Below are positions 33,230 to 47,856 of a stretch of 64,000 nt of DNA, piece after piece. Within the stretch, counting starts at the first letter, position 1. Each line of letters begins with the position of its first letter. Source of the stretch: Cycas panzhihuaensis (Eukaryota; Plantae; Cycadophyta); assembly GCA_023213395.1 (NCBI GenBank), contig CM041465.1:28155741-28219740 (forward strand), read 5' to 3'. The notes under the pieces were generated by a model, which saw nothing but the letters and a program-made list of their open reading frames with translations, made no database searches and had not been told where the DNA came from. Both the position numbers and the translations under genes were made by a program.

Positions 33230-34880
33230 CCTAATGTTACCCATTTAGAAGATAACACTAAAGACTCTAGAGATGAATTACAAATGATAATATTGGATTG
33301 TTGGTCTAAATAATTTAAGACAATAGCATACAATAAGTGAGGGTTTGTGAGATGTTCGATTTATGGGATATGAAAAGTTTAGATGAGAAAAAACCATTAT
33401 ATTAAGTTCCCACAATATTCCTTCCCTACATAAGGAGGTTCTTACATGCAAATAGTTCTATTTGGAGAGAAGCAATTTTGTGGGACTAAATATTTATGAG
33501 ATAGATAACTTGCAAGAAAGGGTTACTTTTCCTTTGCCTATGAAAGGGTCAAATGTAAAGTGATACAAATATGAGATAATATCTATGGGAATAGACCTTA
33601 TAAGAAAAAATCTTGCATAACTATGTACTTGCAAGAGAATAGATCTATGGGTAAAAATAACTCGATAAAATAAATTAGTCATAAAATTGGAAGCTGATGG
33701 GGGGTAATCCATTAGGAGATGGATTCATAAGAATTATATATAACAAAAAGGAAAAATAATATTTCACATCAACCATCCCATGGATTATTTACCAACAAGC
33801 TTCTATTTATGTAAACACATATGTAGGCTTGTATCTACATCATTAAATTATTAAATAAAAGAAGAGTGAGCATTTGCATATTATATGTCCCTATAAAACA
33901 AGGCTCCTACCATTGGACATACAAATAAACAAGATCATATTTAGGGCATTAACCTTATAAGCATGATGAAGTCACTAGTACTTATCTTATTAACTACATG
34001 TATATGGTTCATCTTGATGATATAACAATAACCCTTTGATCACTGACACCACTAACACATAAATGAATATTAAATGATAGGTAACATATGAGGAATAAGT
34101 GCATGTTGGCAACGCTAATAACTTACATGGCCACAATATGCACCTTAATTATAATATTCTATGTCATGGTTGAATTTAGATATAAAATAGGATCAAGGAA
34201 TATTTTTTATGAATGCTAGGGTAAAAATAAATTTTCAATATATAAAGTTAGAAAGAGTAACAAGACAGATAAAAGTTACCTTCATTTAGTAGGTGTTGGT
34301 AAAGAAATCATAACATGCAATACATAAATGATTCTACAGCAAGTTTGAAGGGTAGAATGTTGACAAGTATGAAGCAGATTAAAGATATAATAATAGATCA
34401 TAAAAAATGAATCAACTTACATTGAATGTATTCCTAACAAGATCAACTCAAATTGAGTTGGTACCTAACATGAAGAGGTTAACTTGCCCCCATGCATGAC
34501 TTAAGATTTTAAAGTTTGGTGATAATAGAGCCAAATAGAATGGTTAATTGTGATAGAAGTGGGGTAAGACAAAGGTCAACGAATAACATTCTCATTAATT
34601 TAGCTACAAATTTACTTGTTAACTCTCTCTATATCTAATGAGTAAACTTAATTCTATTGACAATATAGCATTTGATTACTAAAATAGAATTAGTATAACA
34701 TATGTATTCTATTGAATTATAAATCACATACATATTCTTGGATTTAAAGAAGGTAGAAAGAATTTAACTAATGGTTAGCAATTTTTTTAATATGGTAGCT
34801 ACCTCAATGCATAAGATTATTAACAAATCAATGATAATAAATCATGCGAAATAATATGAGAAAAAGAAAGGGTTCTTCTT
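33230..34880 (+). repeat. ~1.65-kb dispersed repeat, copy 2
   Basis: Homologous to 20750-22428. Ends in GAAAAAGAAAGGGTTCTT. Confidence 0.85.
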
Positions 34881-37800
34881 TATTACATAACCACATATAG
34901 CTAGTGGAACCAAGAAATTAGCACCTATAGTTAAGGCACTAGGAGATTAAGTATTAATCATTAACTTTTGTGGGCAGGCCATTAAATCCACTAACGAAAT
35001 GTAAGGTCATTTGTCCTACTAATAGGATTGTAGGAAAAAGGCTTTTTTAAATCTATTTAAGGGATACAATTTATAAAGAAAGGTTGTGTGTAATCATTTT
35101 CTCTTAAGAGACTAGTACTTTAATATTCTTCAATATTCTTTGGTGTCTATTTGTGCTATTTGGTAATCTTTAATTCTATGATTGGTTTCCATTGATAATA
35201 TAAGTATTGCACTTTCCTACTTATTTCTTCATTATCTATTATGTGTATGAACAAAAGTAGGATAGTCATATCTAAAGTGGTATCAAAGCCAATTTTTGGA
35301 TCCAATAGGAAACAACATACTTGAAGGAAGTTAAGAAAGAAGGAAAAAATTTCACTTAGTATATCACTAGAAACCCTTCTCTATAGTTCTATTTATTTCC
35401 ATTTAAGTAGAATTTACTTAAATTTATTATAAGTCTATTAAGTTGCAAGTGGAAAGCAAAGTCGCACCATATCCCACCCCTTTCCCCTAATGATTATATA
35501 AGCATTAGATAGAACCCAATAATGGAAGTGAGCCTCCACATATCCTCAAGTATATTGGAGGACCCCTTTAGGTTCCCCCTTCCAACTTAGAGTAGGTAAA
35601 TTATTAGTTGTTTTTCTATCTCTAGTGTATGGGTTAGTAGTTATTACCCAGAAGCTACCCTTTATGAATACACCTACATAGTTGTTGATTGACAAGAAAG
35701 TCTATTGAAGGGCTTGTAGAGCCAAGCAATCCTTTATCAGTGTCTAATAGGCCTCCTTCAATCATCTTGACCACTTCCTTAATAAAAGTGTTCATCACAA
35801 AATCATCTACACTATTGTATTTCTAAAATTAAAAAAATCATTAATCATTGAGACTATTATAATCCCCTAAATCTTCTACATATTTGGAGACACACAGAGT
35901 GAACCTATAATAGTAGTACCACTTAAGGATTAACAACATGCAAATAGCAATATAATGCCTATTAATAGAGCATTGTAGCTTTAATTATTCTTGTCCAAAC
36001 CTTTAACTAAAATTTTAAATTTGTCACCTATTGAGTTCATCTCTTATTCTCAATCCACTCTTTAAATAATAATAATAATAAAGGGTAAAAGAGTCTAAAG
36101 GGTCACTTTAGTGAATATTTCTTTATTTCTGACAAAACTTACACCATTGAATTTTTGACAAAAAATAAAATAATTTTTTTTTTTTAATTAAAAAAAATTA
36201 CATTATCAATTTATATAACTTATTTTAATAGGTGCATTATACTGATAAGTTTGCACTAGGTTAGTTTTAACAATAATTTTTGAAAAAATTTACATGTACG
36301 ATGCTCGTGGGTCCCACTAATAAAAACTTTTCTCTTATATTTCACTTATCCTGTTTAGACAAAATTTTCATATTCATTCCAATTTAATAGGTGATTTTCT
36401 TACTTATTTTTAGGGTTCATAGGTTATAGGCACCCTACCACCCCCTGCCCCTATCTCTTAAGTACAATCCCCACTTTTATAAGCCATTCTATCCATCTAA
36501 CCCTAATTTGGTACATCGCCTTTTATCTTACTCATCTTATTTTCTTATATCCCCTTCTTTGTACCTATGTCCCACTTCTTATAGTCCTCTTCTTTCTATA
36601 TGATGGCTCCTACATCTTAAGAAGAATGCATCTTTGCATTTAAAAATTAGTTTTTAAAATTTTATAAAGAAGTAAAGCTTGATAGGCTATCACTTATATT
36701 TATTTTAGATATCATAACAATACTAAACCACATAGCTTAGGTGTTAACATAATCATCTAAGTTGAACTATTAGTCTTTAAGCAACACACATCTAGCATAG
36801 CATTCAAGTAGTCCTCCTCTGTGTCAGTCACAACTTCACCACAAGATAAATATTCTGACCTTTAATCTAGATCTGAATAGTGGTAATACTTACATATGGA
36901 TAGGTAAACTTGAACCCTACCTCTCCTTTAACCCAATGGCTAAAGAGAAGAAACTGACATTTACATCTATTCATATAGAAGGTTGAGCACATCATTGGTT
37001 CTATTGATGGCATTGAAAATACAAGCAAAATAGGATGTACAAACTTCTTTACATATTTTTTTAATCAATATGATGAAACTTAGAACCAATCCTTCTTTAA
37101 TCAGATTACAAGACTAAAATAGGTATCCTCCACTGAAGTATATACATATGAATTCAAATCCTTATAAAATTCCCAAAGTTTAGATAAGTAAACCTAGATA
37201 AACACTTATGTCATAGGTTTAAAAGAGCACATCTAAATGCACCTAAGAACCATGGAAATCTCAAGTCTCAAAGATGAGATACATAAATCCAGAGTACTGA
37301 GGTCAAATTTGCAACAAAAAGAACATCTTTTATCTGATGAAATACTGCATGGCACTAGTGATTGCAATGGGATAAATTCCTATGTTAATGACCCTCAATG
37401 AATGACTCACACGGACCTACTACATAATGACTTTTAGAAGAACCCATGAATAAGCCAATCCATGTCCTACTTGTAGAGGTACACCAACATATTATAGTTA
37501 GTCTCTATGTTTAATGCTTAGAAATGTAGATCCTCGGATAAGGTAAAATTTGAAAAGCTAAGAAAATGGAACTAATCATAGATCCTAGACTATTCATGGA
37601 AGACAACTCCAATTGTAAACCAAAATTTAATAAAGAATCCCATTTAGACTCTCGTTTAATGTTAGAACTAGAAGTTTGTTTATCTACAGTAGCATATTAT
37701 TCATACCTCAATCCACTATGCATAAAAGAGATACTTATAAAAATACCAATTACTATTCTAATCAATATTGGTGTATCGCTAAACTTCATAGATATTTCCT

Positions 37801-38005
37801 TGGCTAGGTAATTAAATCCTTATATTATCCCAAAAATTAGATTCACATGTTCCTTGCCTAGCCATTAAAAACTTTATTGTGTTAGAATAATCAAGAACCC
37901 AACTATCTAAATTGATACTAATAACTTAATCTCTAATTTTTATACCCAATGCATTAGTGGATTAGATGTTATTCTTAGAGTCCAATGGCTCCAAATATTA
38001 GGTAT
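34881..38005 (+). mobile_element. 5' part of a chromovirus (LTR, PBS, UTR, gag, protease) related to the 7995-14951 element
   Basis: LTR ~34881-35274, PBS TGGTATCAAAGCC 35278-35290, UTR motifs shared with 8400-9000, protease ILINIGVSLNFID in ORF 37566-37811. Truncated at 38005. Confidence 0.82.
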
Positions 38006-39223
38006 TATGCCCGAGGTGGCGGGTCTAATTAATTAGGTTGACTCAAAGTGAGAGTTTTAGGTGATTGGGTTAGTAGGGACTCTTGACTCTTTTAGAGGAA
38101 AAACAGATGATTTCTCTAAGTATGTTTGATAAATGAATAAGGTGATTTAAGTTATTTGACTTGGTTTAGGTAACTATTACAATTCTTAGTTTTTATAAGA
38201 AAAGAAATGAAAATATACAAAAAATCCTAGACTAAACAAAAAGAAGTAATACTAAATAACTAAAATAATAAGATCCCCTTTTAATTAGGGAGAAGAGTAA
38301 TCAATCTCTTAGTAAATAAGAGGTACAATAAGGAAAACATTTCTTTGATTAATCACCTTAAAGTTTCCTACTCTTTTACCCTTTCTAAGTTTTAGTTTTA
38401 GAGAAAGGATCCTAACCTAGATCTCTATTCCACCCTTAAGAAAAAATTACTACATCATTACATGATATGGAAAGAGAACACTAATGAGTGTGAGGATCTA
38501 AAAGGGACCAAACCTTAGATTAATGACTCTATCGAGGGTTAGCTACTACAAACTTGTTCACCTAATGAGGATCTAGCCATGAGGATGGATGGCTCAAGGA
38601 TACCAACATCTATCCCTAATGGACTTTTACATAAAGAGATGAAGGAGAATGAGGAAGATACTCTCAACCCAAAATATAATAAGAGATTACTACTTTTGGC
38701 ATTCACAATATAACTAGAGTTATATTGACTTTTAAGAGAGGGAGAGCTTATAATTTGATAATGTGAGGACCTGGATGATAAAAGACTCCTTCTCAATACG
38801 ATCTATTTACTCTCAGGGGAAGGATAAGGTTAATATGTTAGGGATATCATATCTTGCTTAATCAAAGAGGTCCTAACAATTAAGAACAAGCCTAACCTAG
38901 GGGAGATCTTCAAGTAGATAATCCTAAATACAAGTTTAATATGCAACTTTGTGTTTGTATAAGTAAATAATCAAAATATGAAACAAAGAAATGTAAAACT
39001 AATGTAATATAAATGCATTCTCTAATGCAAGCTAAATGGGATTTCATTTACAAATGCAACTATAAATGCTCTTTTTATTTTTTTTACTATAATATGGATG
39101 TAGCCTAAATGTTCCCAATGATAAGAACATCAGAATCTTTAATACATGTGCATTGATTAATATATATCAAGTAAAATAACTAAAGTAATTAATGGAATAT
39201 ATAAATAAATGAAACAAAGGGAC
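38006..39223 (-). mobile_element. 3' part of a large LTR-like sequence
   Basis: Abrupt junction in the protease region, starting T(G>A)TGCCCGAGGTGGCGGG. Non-coding, with AATGCAAC motifs also seen at 46370-46700. Confidence 0.45.
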
Positions 39224-42200
39224 TGACAAGGTTATGGGTGAGTTCATCATATCGTAGGGCTCTCTTTTAGGTAGAGCTTTCATATTAACATCAAATCAAT
39301 ACAACATACAATGGTACATGGCATAATATATAGCTATCTATTAATATTACATGCCAATTTGATAGGCCAACTTAATGGCATAAGAGACAGACCCGACCTC
39401 AATATCAAATGTAATTTAATTATATCAGGGGTCTATTAATACATCATGTATATTACATCATAAAGATATAAAGAAATAAAGGTGGTATTAGTTAGTTTTA
39501 ACACCCTCCCTTAATAGCAACTTTATTTCTTTGAATGTTGAGGTCATGTCTAAACCGTTCAAACTTAGGTTTAGTAAGTGCTTTGGTGAATATATCAGTG
39601 ACCTAGTCTTAAGAAAGACAGTAGAAAAGATTAACTTCTCCATTCAAGAAATGCTAATGGATGAAGTGATGATGGACCTCAATGTGCTTGGTTTTAGCAT
39701 AGAGCACAAGATTCTTTATCATCTTCAACACTTTGATTATCATAGTACAGGATGGTAGGTGCATGTTGTTAAAGTCTAAGCTCATTGAGAATCCTTCTAA
39801 GCTAAATTAACTTGGTTGTAGCATGGACAACTACTTTATATTCTACTTCATTAGAGGAAAGGGAAATATTAGGCTACTTCTTATAGCTCCATGGGATTAT
39901 AGTTGAGTTCATATCAAAATAATAGCCTAAAGTTGAATGGCGAGTGTCTTAGTAATAAGTGTAATCAACATCTATATGTCCCTTTAGAATAGGTGATTCA
40001 ATCTTGTTGTACTCAAGGCCTAATTAATGAGTGCCATGGATGTATTTAAGGATCTCAGTGATGGCTTTTCAATGAAATTCTTTTGGTTATAACATGTACC
40101 TAAAGTAGATCCCTACTTCATATGAGATATCTAGACTAGTATAAGTGAGATAGATAAGACTCCCAACTAAATACTAGTACAAAGTAGGATCAAAAGGATT
40201 TCCTTGATCATCCAGGTCTAACATAGTTCCTATCTCCATGGGAATGGGTGTGGGCTTACATTTTATCATCATGAATCTTTCTAAGAGCTCATTTGTATAC
40301 TTAGTTTGGGTTAGGAGAATATGGCTTAGTTCTTACCAAACTTCAATTCCAAGAAAGTAGTAGAGCAACCTAAGGTCGGTCATCTCAAAGTTGCTTTTTA
40401 GTTCTAATTAAAGATAAGAGATTATATCTATATCATTACCAACAATTACAAGATTGTCCATGTAAAGAACTATGATTATAATCAAATTATCTTTAACCTG
40501 AATGTCGAGATCTGGATCAGAGGGTAAATAATTGAATCTATACTATGTGAGAAAGATATCTATCTTTATATACCAGGCATGTGATGCCTACTTGAGTCCA
40601 TAAAGGGATTTTTTGAGTCTATAAACTATGTGTTCTTGTCCTAGAACAATATAGCCTAGGGGTTGTTTCAAAAAAACCTCTTCTTTGAGCTCTCCATTGA
40701 GGAAATCACTCTTCACATCCATTTGGTAAACAAGCTATCTAAATTTGACTATTAGGGACATAAACAAATAAAATATAGTTATGTTAGTTACTGATGCAAA
40801 GGTCTTGTCATAGTTAATTCCTTTCTGTTGTTTAAAACCTCTTACTCAAAGGCAAATTTTATGATGCTCTACAATGCCATCTATATGGAACTTAGTCTTG
40901 TACAACCATTTATAGTCAATTACTTTCTTCCTAGGTGGAAATTCAGTTAGTTCTCAAGTGTCATTTTTTAAGATGAAATTCATCTCTTCATCCATAATTG
41001 CTTTCTGTATTTGGTCTTTGACTACCTCCTCAAATATAAAAGGCTCAAGTGTTTCAAGAACATGTGCCATAAGGGCAAAGTTTATGGAGTATCTCATCTT
41101 GGAAGGCCTTTTGTAGCTATGGTAGGAGGAGGATCATCCTTCAAAAGTTGTTGTACCCACTTAGGAGGCAATTGAAAGCTAGTGGCTTCCACTTGAAGGT
41201 CATCAATTAAAATAGGAGGTAAGTTTATGCTTGCTTGAGTGGATGATGAAGATGCTACTAGAATTGATACGAGACCTAGAGTGTAGGAGGAGGTTGGTAC
41301 TAGTAGCTCTAAAATTTATCCAAGGGTCACATGCACCAACTTCTTCTACTACTACAATTTGAGGTTGAGGATGTGTTATTCTTATGGTTCTTCTACAAAG
41401 ATTATAACATGTGTTATGTAGGCTCGCTTACCAACTATGTCAAATGCTTTATAGGCTTTGTAACGAAGTATATATCCAAGGAAGGTGTGCTTAAGGCTCT
41501 TGTCATCAAGCTTCTTTTAGTTGTCCTCTTGGGACATATTTGTATATTATGCATCCAAAGATCTTCAAGTGTACTACAGATGGTTTCTAGCCTGACCAAG
41601 CTTCTTCGAGAGTAATGTTCCTAACTATAATTATGGGACTTATGTTAGTTAGGTAAGTAGCAGTGGCAATAGAATTGGCCCAAAATTTGGTAGTAAGGTT
41701 AGCAACACTAAGAATGGATTTTCCTCTATTGATCAAAGTCTGATTCATCCTTTCAACTATATCATTTTGCTAAGCTATGTGGGGAGTAGAAAATTGATAT
41801 TGGATGTCATATTCCTTACAAAAGTTATTGAATTTATTTAAAATATACTCATGACCATTATTAGATCTAAGGATCTTGACTTTCATTCCACTTTTATTTT
41901 CTATAGTATCTTTGAACTCTTTGAATCTATCTAGGGCTTGATATTTATTTCTCAAGAAATAGACTCATACTTTTCTTGAGAAGTCATCTATAAGGGTGAT
42001 GAAATACTATCTTCCATTGAGAGATTGGATGGACATAAGGCTAAAAATATTAGAGTGGACCAACTCTAATAGTTGTGAAGCTTTCCATACAGTCTTAGAA
42101 GGAAACTTTTCTCTTTGTTGCTATCCCTTTAGGCATGCCTCATATATATTATAGTATCTCTTGATTTTAGATAGGTCATATACCATTTTTAGCCTAAATA

Positions 42201-45200
42201 TGATGTTCAAGCTTTGTGTATTCAAATGACCTAGGCATCAATACCATAAGTGGTCTTTAGAACTATTTATGATGACATCATCCTTTGAGTGGAAGCATTC
42301 TCCTAGTTCTTGTATGCAAGTGGACTCTTCATTAGTTAGATCCTTCTCCTTATCAGATTGAGTTGAGTTGGCCATTGAACATGATTCATATTGTGGAGTA
42401 GTGGCAAGGGGGACACAATCTAGCCTATTTAAGCCACTATCTTCATGTCTTGTAGCCATAAGTTTACCTATAATATGGTCTATAATGTTGTAAATACCTT
42501 AGATAAAGAGGACATCTAAGTTCTTCTTATCCATTTGGCTGATAGAAAGTAGGTTCATATTCATACTAGGTACAAAGAACACATTGCTTATATGGTGTCT
42601 AATATTGGAGTCCTTTAATGTTATTAGTATCCTACTAATTATGGTCATATTATAAGTCAAGTTGTCCCTAAATATGACTATTTTGAGTGTTGATTAGTTG
42701 GGTATCTTCCAACATCTTTTATGAACCTTTCATATGTCTTATTGCACTAAAATTAAGGATCCATGTAGTATCATCAACTTGTGACACAAGTTCTACAAAA
42801 AATAGGTTATGGAAGGAGGAGTCTAGACACGCTGCTACGGGATAACTACCTAACTGATAGGTGTGGGGGAGAGTGAGTCGTGAAATGATAGAAGGCGGAA
42901 CCTAAAAGGTGAGTAACTATCACGCAGAGCGCCCCATGCGCCAGAGCACGAGTTCGGGATCTGCAATGGAGTATGGCTACTATCGGGTGACCCTTCACCG
43001 CTTTGAACAAGGGGTGAAGGTGCATAGGGCAAACTTGGGTTGACCTAGGGGCAGGACCCTCCCACCCTTGGGTGGCCAGAAGGGGGAAGAGGAAATCCAA
43101 AGGGACAGAGTCAAGAGTAAGCCTACACAACCTAACCGGATACACAAGTGATGCGAGAAGCAAGGCACTTATGTGGCTGGGGAGAAGAGGAGAAAGGTGG
43201 AGAAAGAGAGTTCCTACAACCTTTCCTATAGGCAGTAAAAGTAAAGATGTGTATAACAAAGTAAATGAAATACAACCAAACACGACACCAAATTTTCCCT
43301 TTTTATCTTTCAATGTGCTAGTTACTACAGGAAAAATAAAAGGCAAAAAGGAGGTAGCGAAGTGGAGCAAAACGTGCACCTGGACCGAGGGCGTGTGTGC
43401 CGAAGAAGCCTTCTCGAGGAGCACTAAACCATCCACACGGCGCGTTGGATGCAAGACGTTGCGGCGGGTAGAAAAGAGGGGCTTCCTTACCTTCCCCGGA
43501 AAATCAAATGCGATGCCAGGAAAGAAAAGAAGCACCAACTAATAAGCAAAACAACGCGAAAAATATAACAAACACAAAGGTACTTACCAGGAACGAAGCT
43601 AACGGGCGGTATCCTCCACGCTCCCCTGAATACCTGCAAGCAAAGGCGATCTCTCCCTTCCCGGGGGAAGAGCACTAACATGCAACACAAAGATCTAACA
43701 ATATATGCTCAAGCGATAAATATAAACCTAAACATACATGCATTAGTGCCAATCCAACAAAGAAAATACCCAAGAAAGAGTGACCAGGGTGAAAGCAAAT
43801 GATCGGTAAGCCTCAGAGTAGCCTACCTCCTGCAAATGGTGCCCTAGCCTCCCCCTAAGAGCCACAAGGCAGCGAGGAGAAAGTCAAGAGCAAGGGCTGG
43901 AAAACGGCAGCAAAAAGGGCAAGGAGAGGCCCAAGGAAACCCACGGCGAACCGGGATGCTATGAGGAGCAAACCGGGTGACCGGGAAGAAAAGGTGAAGC
44001 AAAAACCAGCGGTTGGGACTTATGAGTGATGCCCAAACCTGAGCAAAAGGCCCCAAATCAGCGTTGCAACTTGTGACAGCGCTAGTTTGGGTGACCAAAA
44101 GGAAGCCTCCAAACCCTTGCTTGCAAGCCAAGGGCAGCATAGGGCGAGAGGGAGGCTTTGGATGGCTTAGAGCCTCTTAGGGAGTGTGGAAGGTGGTACG
44201 GAATCCACCCGGCTCCTCTCCAAAACCTATGCCACCCCTCAACGCTGCTGCCTTGAGCAGCAAACGCAGGCAAGAAGCACAGAAAGAGTGGTATAACAGA
44301 CCACAAAAGGGAGGAAAACCAACTTACAAGATCAAGCAAAGAGCAAGCTATACTGAGCATGAATATCATAACAAACAATGTAAAAACCAAGAGTACCTGA
44401 GTAGGGGAGGCAAGGAGTATGCCTCAGCCAAAGAACAGTGGAGAGGGGCTGAGAAATCAGCCCAGATCTAAAGCACAGCAGGTTTGAGACCCTGCTAAGG
44501 AGATGTGAGAGGAAACACCTGCACTTGGGAGCACTTATGGATTGCCTGAGCAAAGATCAACTGGAAAACACTCCAAAGAGGCCCTCTCTAAGGTGTTTAA
44601 GGGGCTGGGATAATGTCTCAGCTACACCAAAGGAGAGCCTTCGAAGGAGGGACGCCGGTCGATGTGATGTGAGCAATGAGAGAAGAGTAGAGCAGGATGA
44701 TGTTTCCTTGAGAGCCAAATCCAAAAGTGAGCCAGAAGATCCTTGAAAATGAGTAAAAAAGGGCTTAAGTACTCAGACAAACCCTAAAGCGTGCGATTAG
44801 GGCGCAGCTGGAAGAGAAATAAGGTGCGAGCTACGTGGCAGTTTCGCAATAAATGCGAAATTGCCACATGATTTTAAAACAACTCGAGATACCATCTGCC
44901 AATTTTTACAGATCACGGATATTTCGGCGGTACCACGAAAAATCTGGCGGTACGCACCTAGAGCCAAAAATGGGGCCCACCAACCAGTCTAAACTGGGGG
45001 CAGATCACCGAAAGGACTAATGGGAAGCTAGAACACCTACCCGGGGGTAAACATGCCAACAAACGGGTCCAAGGGAGCAAAAATAGGGCTCGAGTGGGGT
45101 GGCAAGTTAACCAGACGATGATGAGTCATCACACGGGCGGAGGTGGCTCAAACCTAGTGGATCCGGGAGCGAGGAGGGCATATGCGGGAAGTAATATGGT

Positions 45201-45870
45201 CACCAGGGTGCCACACTCACTAGGAGTGTGCCCCTGCTACAGTCATCATAGGCTAAAAATAAGTATGGACAACGGCAAGGTCACCCACGAGCCACACACA
45301 TGCAGACATGCAATCAAATACTCATCAAAACAAAGAGATGGCAATGCAGAAAACATACCTGCACTTACCTAAGTCGGTGATTCTGTATCCATTCCCGGAA
45401 GCCGGGAAACAGAGTCCTAATTATCTCCCATGTTACCATCTTGTTGTTGATTATTCTATTAGTTATTTTAATTTCTATATGAGAATTATTGCCTATTTTA
45501 AGGTCTGTATCCTTATGTGGGTCTTGGATTCTAATTTTCTTATAGATGACACAAAGTATACTCCATACCTTATAAGATGTTTGGGTAGTTTTAATGTTTT
45601 GATTGACTTAGTCTTCAATTGCCAAGTGGAGGAAGGATAATGCTATGTTATCCTTAGCTTTAAAGTTTACTAAGGCTACAAGATCTTGTAGGATTATTTT
45701 TGTGGCATCATTAGGGTCTTATGTAGGTACAGGAAGGGGTATATCCCCATTAACATAGGCCCAAAATTCATTCATGATAAGCAAGTTTCTAACTTACTTC
45801 TTTCATGGTATAAAGTTATTTATCCTATTAAGTTTAATAGTGTTTGAAAGGATTATTTGGGATGCCATGT
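39224..45870 (-). mobile_element. Degenerate Ty1/copia (3' LTR 39224-39503, PPT, RNase H, RT, INT, AP, gag), interrupted by a solo LTR
   Basis: PPT AAGGGAGGG 39504-39512, RT motifs ([13 protein letters not shown]; LYGLK), integrase ORF 41770-41955 (VKILRSNNGHEY), protease WILNFSAIRHM ~42735-42767, gag start ~45868. Confidence 0.9.
42833..45411 (-). mobile_element. Solo LTR (~2.58 kb) of the Tat-like family
   Basis: TG...CA termini identical in form to 42-2575, with no adjacent PBS or PPT. GAGTC occurs at 42819-42823 and 45412-45416. Confidence 0.9.
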
Positions 45871-45949
45871 TTAAAAGGTTTTTGTATTTAATTTTATGTT
45901 TTTAAAGTTTTTTATGTAATAAGGTATTAATCTACCTAAGTGGCTTCTA

Positions 45950-47002
45950 ATCTAGAGTTCTAAGGCTAAGGATCTATAGGAAAGTTCTCAATTACTATCC
46001 TATCTAGTGTTTCCTACCCATAAGTGGCAAAGTAGGGACCTGATATACTAGTATGTGAGCTCACAGGCTCAATATACCTTAGTACATAAGCTATAAATAA
46101 GGTCTTAAGACCCCCCCTAATTTGTTTCCTCGCCTACACCAAACGTATACTCAATGATAGATCTAGTGGTGAGAACTTATTAACCAATGCACTCGCCCTG
46201 CTAGGTCTATCCTAGTCTCCAAACTCCAAAGAATAGGGTCTTCACCTCAATCTATCACCTAATAGACCTGATATCCAATGGCATTCCTCATCCAATATGA
46301 ATGGGCTTACGGCATGTGCAGGGTGGTAACTTCAGGAGTCTAAATTATTTACCTTATAAGGTTGGAAAAGGAGGTTCAATGTAGGAGTTTTTTTTAATGT
46401 AAAAATTTAATTTTTAATGTGATTTTTTTATAAATAAGAGGTTCCTTTTAAGGCAATAAATAAAATGAAGATGAAATAAAGCAATTATTTATTTTAAAGG
46501 AAAATTTAATAATGCAACTTAGATGCTTCCTTGATTTTTTTTTTCTTTCTTTTAAAAGTAAATGAAATAAAATCTAGAGAAATTAAGAGGTTCTTTTATT
46601 ATTCTTAGGATTATCCTAGTTGGATTTTTTCTTTTTCTTCCATATAAAAACAACTTAAAGTATTAGTTAAGAAAATAAAGGAAATGATAAGATGACTGAC
46701 TTGGCAAAAGTTTATTGTAAGCACCTTTGAATGATAATTAGACTTCAATTTTTAATAGAAGCAAAGAGAAATAAATTGGTCAAGAGGAACAAAATAAATG
46801 AGTTAAGAGATCTAAAAGAAATATGTATTAAAACTTTTTACTATAAGAGTAAAAAAGATTAAAGAAGATGAACTAGTGATGTAGTATTTGAAAATTTTCA
46901 AATGATAATCTATTTTATTGTTAGAAACTTGAAAGAATAAGAGAAATACTCTAACTATTATAAACCAGAGGAATTCTTGGCAACTTGATAAAAATAAAAC
47001 TC

Positions 47003-47057
<55 letters not shown>

Positions 47058-47856
47058 TTCTTTTTACTATCTTATTCCAAAGATAAGCAAACTCAAATGA
47101 GAATCAAATTTACCTAAGAATAACAACTTGTAGAAAAAGGAAAGTACCATAAATTAGTGTCCTTAGCCTAAAAGGCACTTCCAAATCAATCTCTCAACCT
47201 GGTTGAAAGAGGGAAAGGGGTAATGGAGAAGAAAAGAGGGGATAATATTGAGAAGAGAAAGAGAAAGAATGGGAAAATAGGAAAATGTGAAAAGAAGAAG
47301 AAGAGAATAAAGAAGGGAATACTTCAACTCCAACTTCCTAAAGCTTGCTTGGGCCTAGAAGATATGTCAGCTTAAAAGAGAAGGCCTTCTAGTAGCATGG
47401 AAACTCTTTGAAAACTAAGCAAGTTTTGCAATCTTCATTAATCTCTTCCTTAAAATCTCCTTAAGATTAAGCTCTAATATTAACCTGCAAAAGTAAGAAC
47501 TATGATTCTACACTTTATCTAACATGAAATTAGTTTAGAGTTATGAAGCTCTAGACTTGATCCTTAAATTCCACTTAATTCTCCTTCATTTACTCTAAAT
47601 AATAATGGCTAATTTATAGAAAGAGATTATAGATAAAATAATGGCAAAATTAGGGGGAAGGCAAGTCGTGGTCACTTGCAAGAAGGAATTTTAGTAGAAA
47701 TAGTGATTTGCCATTGAATATTTTTTTTTTTTTTTTTGTAGGTAGATGATTGAAAATTATAATAGATAGTGAAAAATATGATCAATAAATGAAAAATGTG
47801 ATAGAAAGTACATTAAAAAAGTGACCAAAATAAAGCTTGCATTTAAATCATTAACA
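45950..47856 (-). mobile_element. Probable 5' part of a large LTR
   Basis: Begins TGTTAATG on the minus strand at 47856, where it truncates a copia RT. TATA-like CTATAAATTAG ~47608-47619 and acceptor-like TTTTGCAG ~47484-47492. Non-coding. Confidence 0.45.
47005..47056. repeat. (CA)n(TA)n microsatellite
   Basis: Perfect dinucleotide runs. They generate the spurious ORF 46812-47033. Confidence 0.95.

Noticed and set aside
36080-36420. Possible Mutator-like MITE in the chromovirus UTR
   Set aside because: Only one TIR-like end is visible, with no matching inverted end or TSD.
47470-47483. Degenerate PBS marking the 5' LTR of the 39224-45870 copia
   Set aside because: The adjacent sequence does not match the 3' LTR at 39224-39503.
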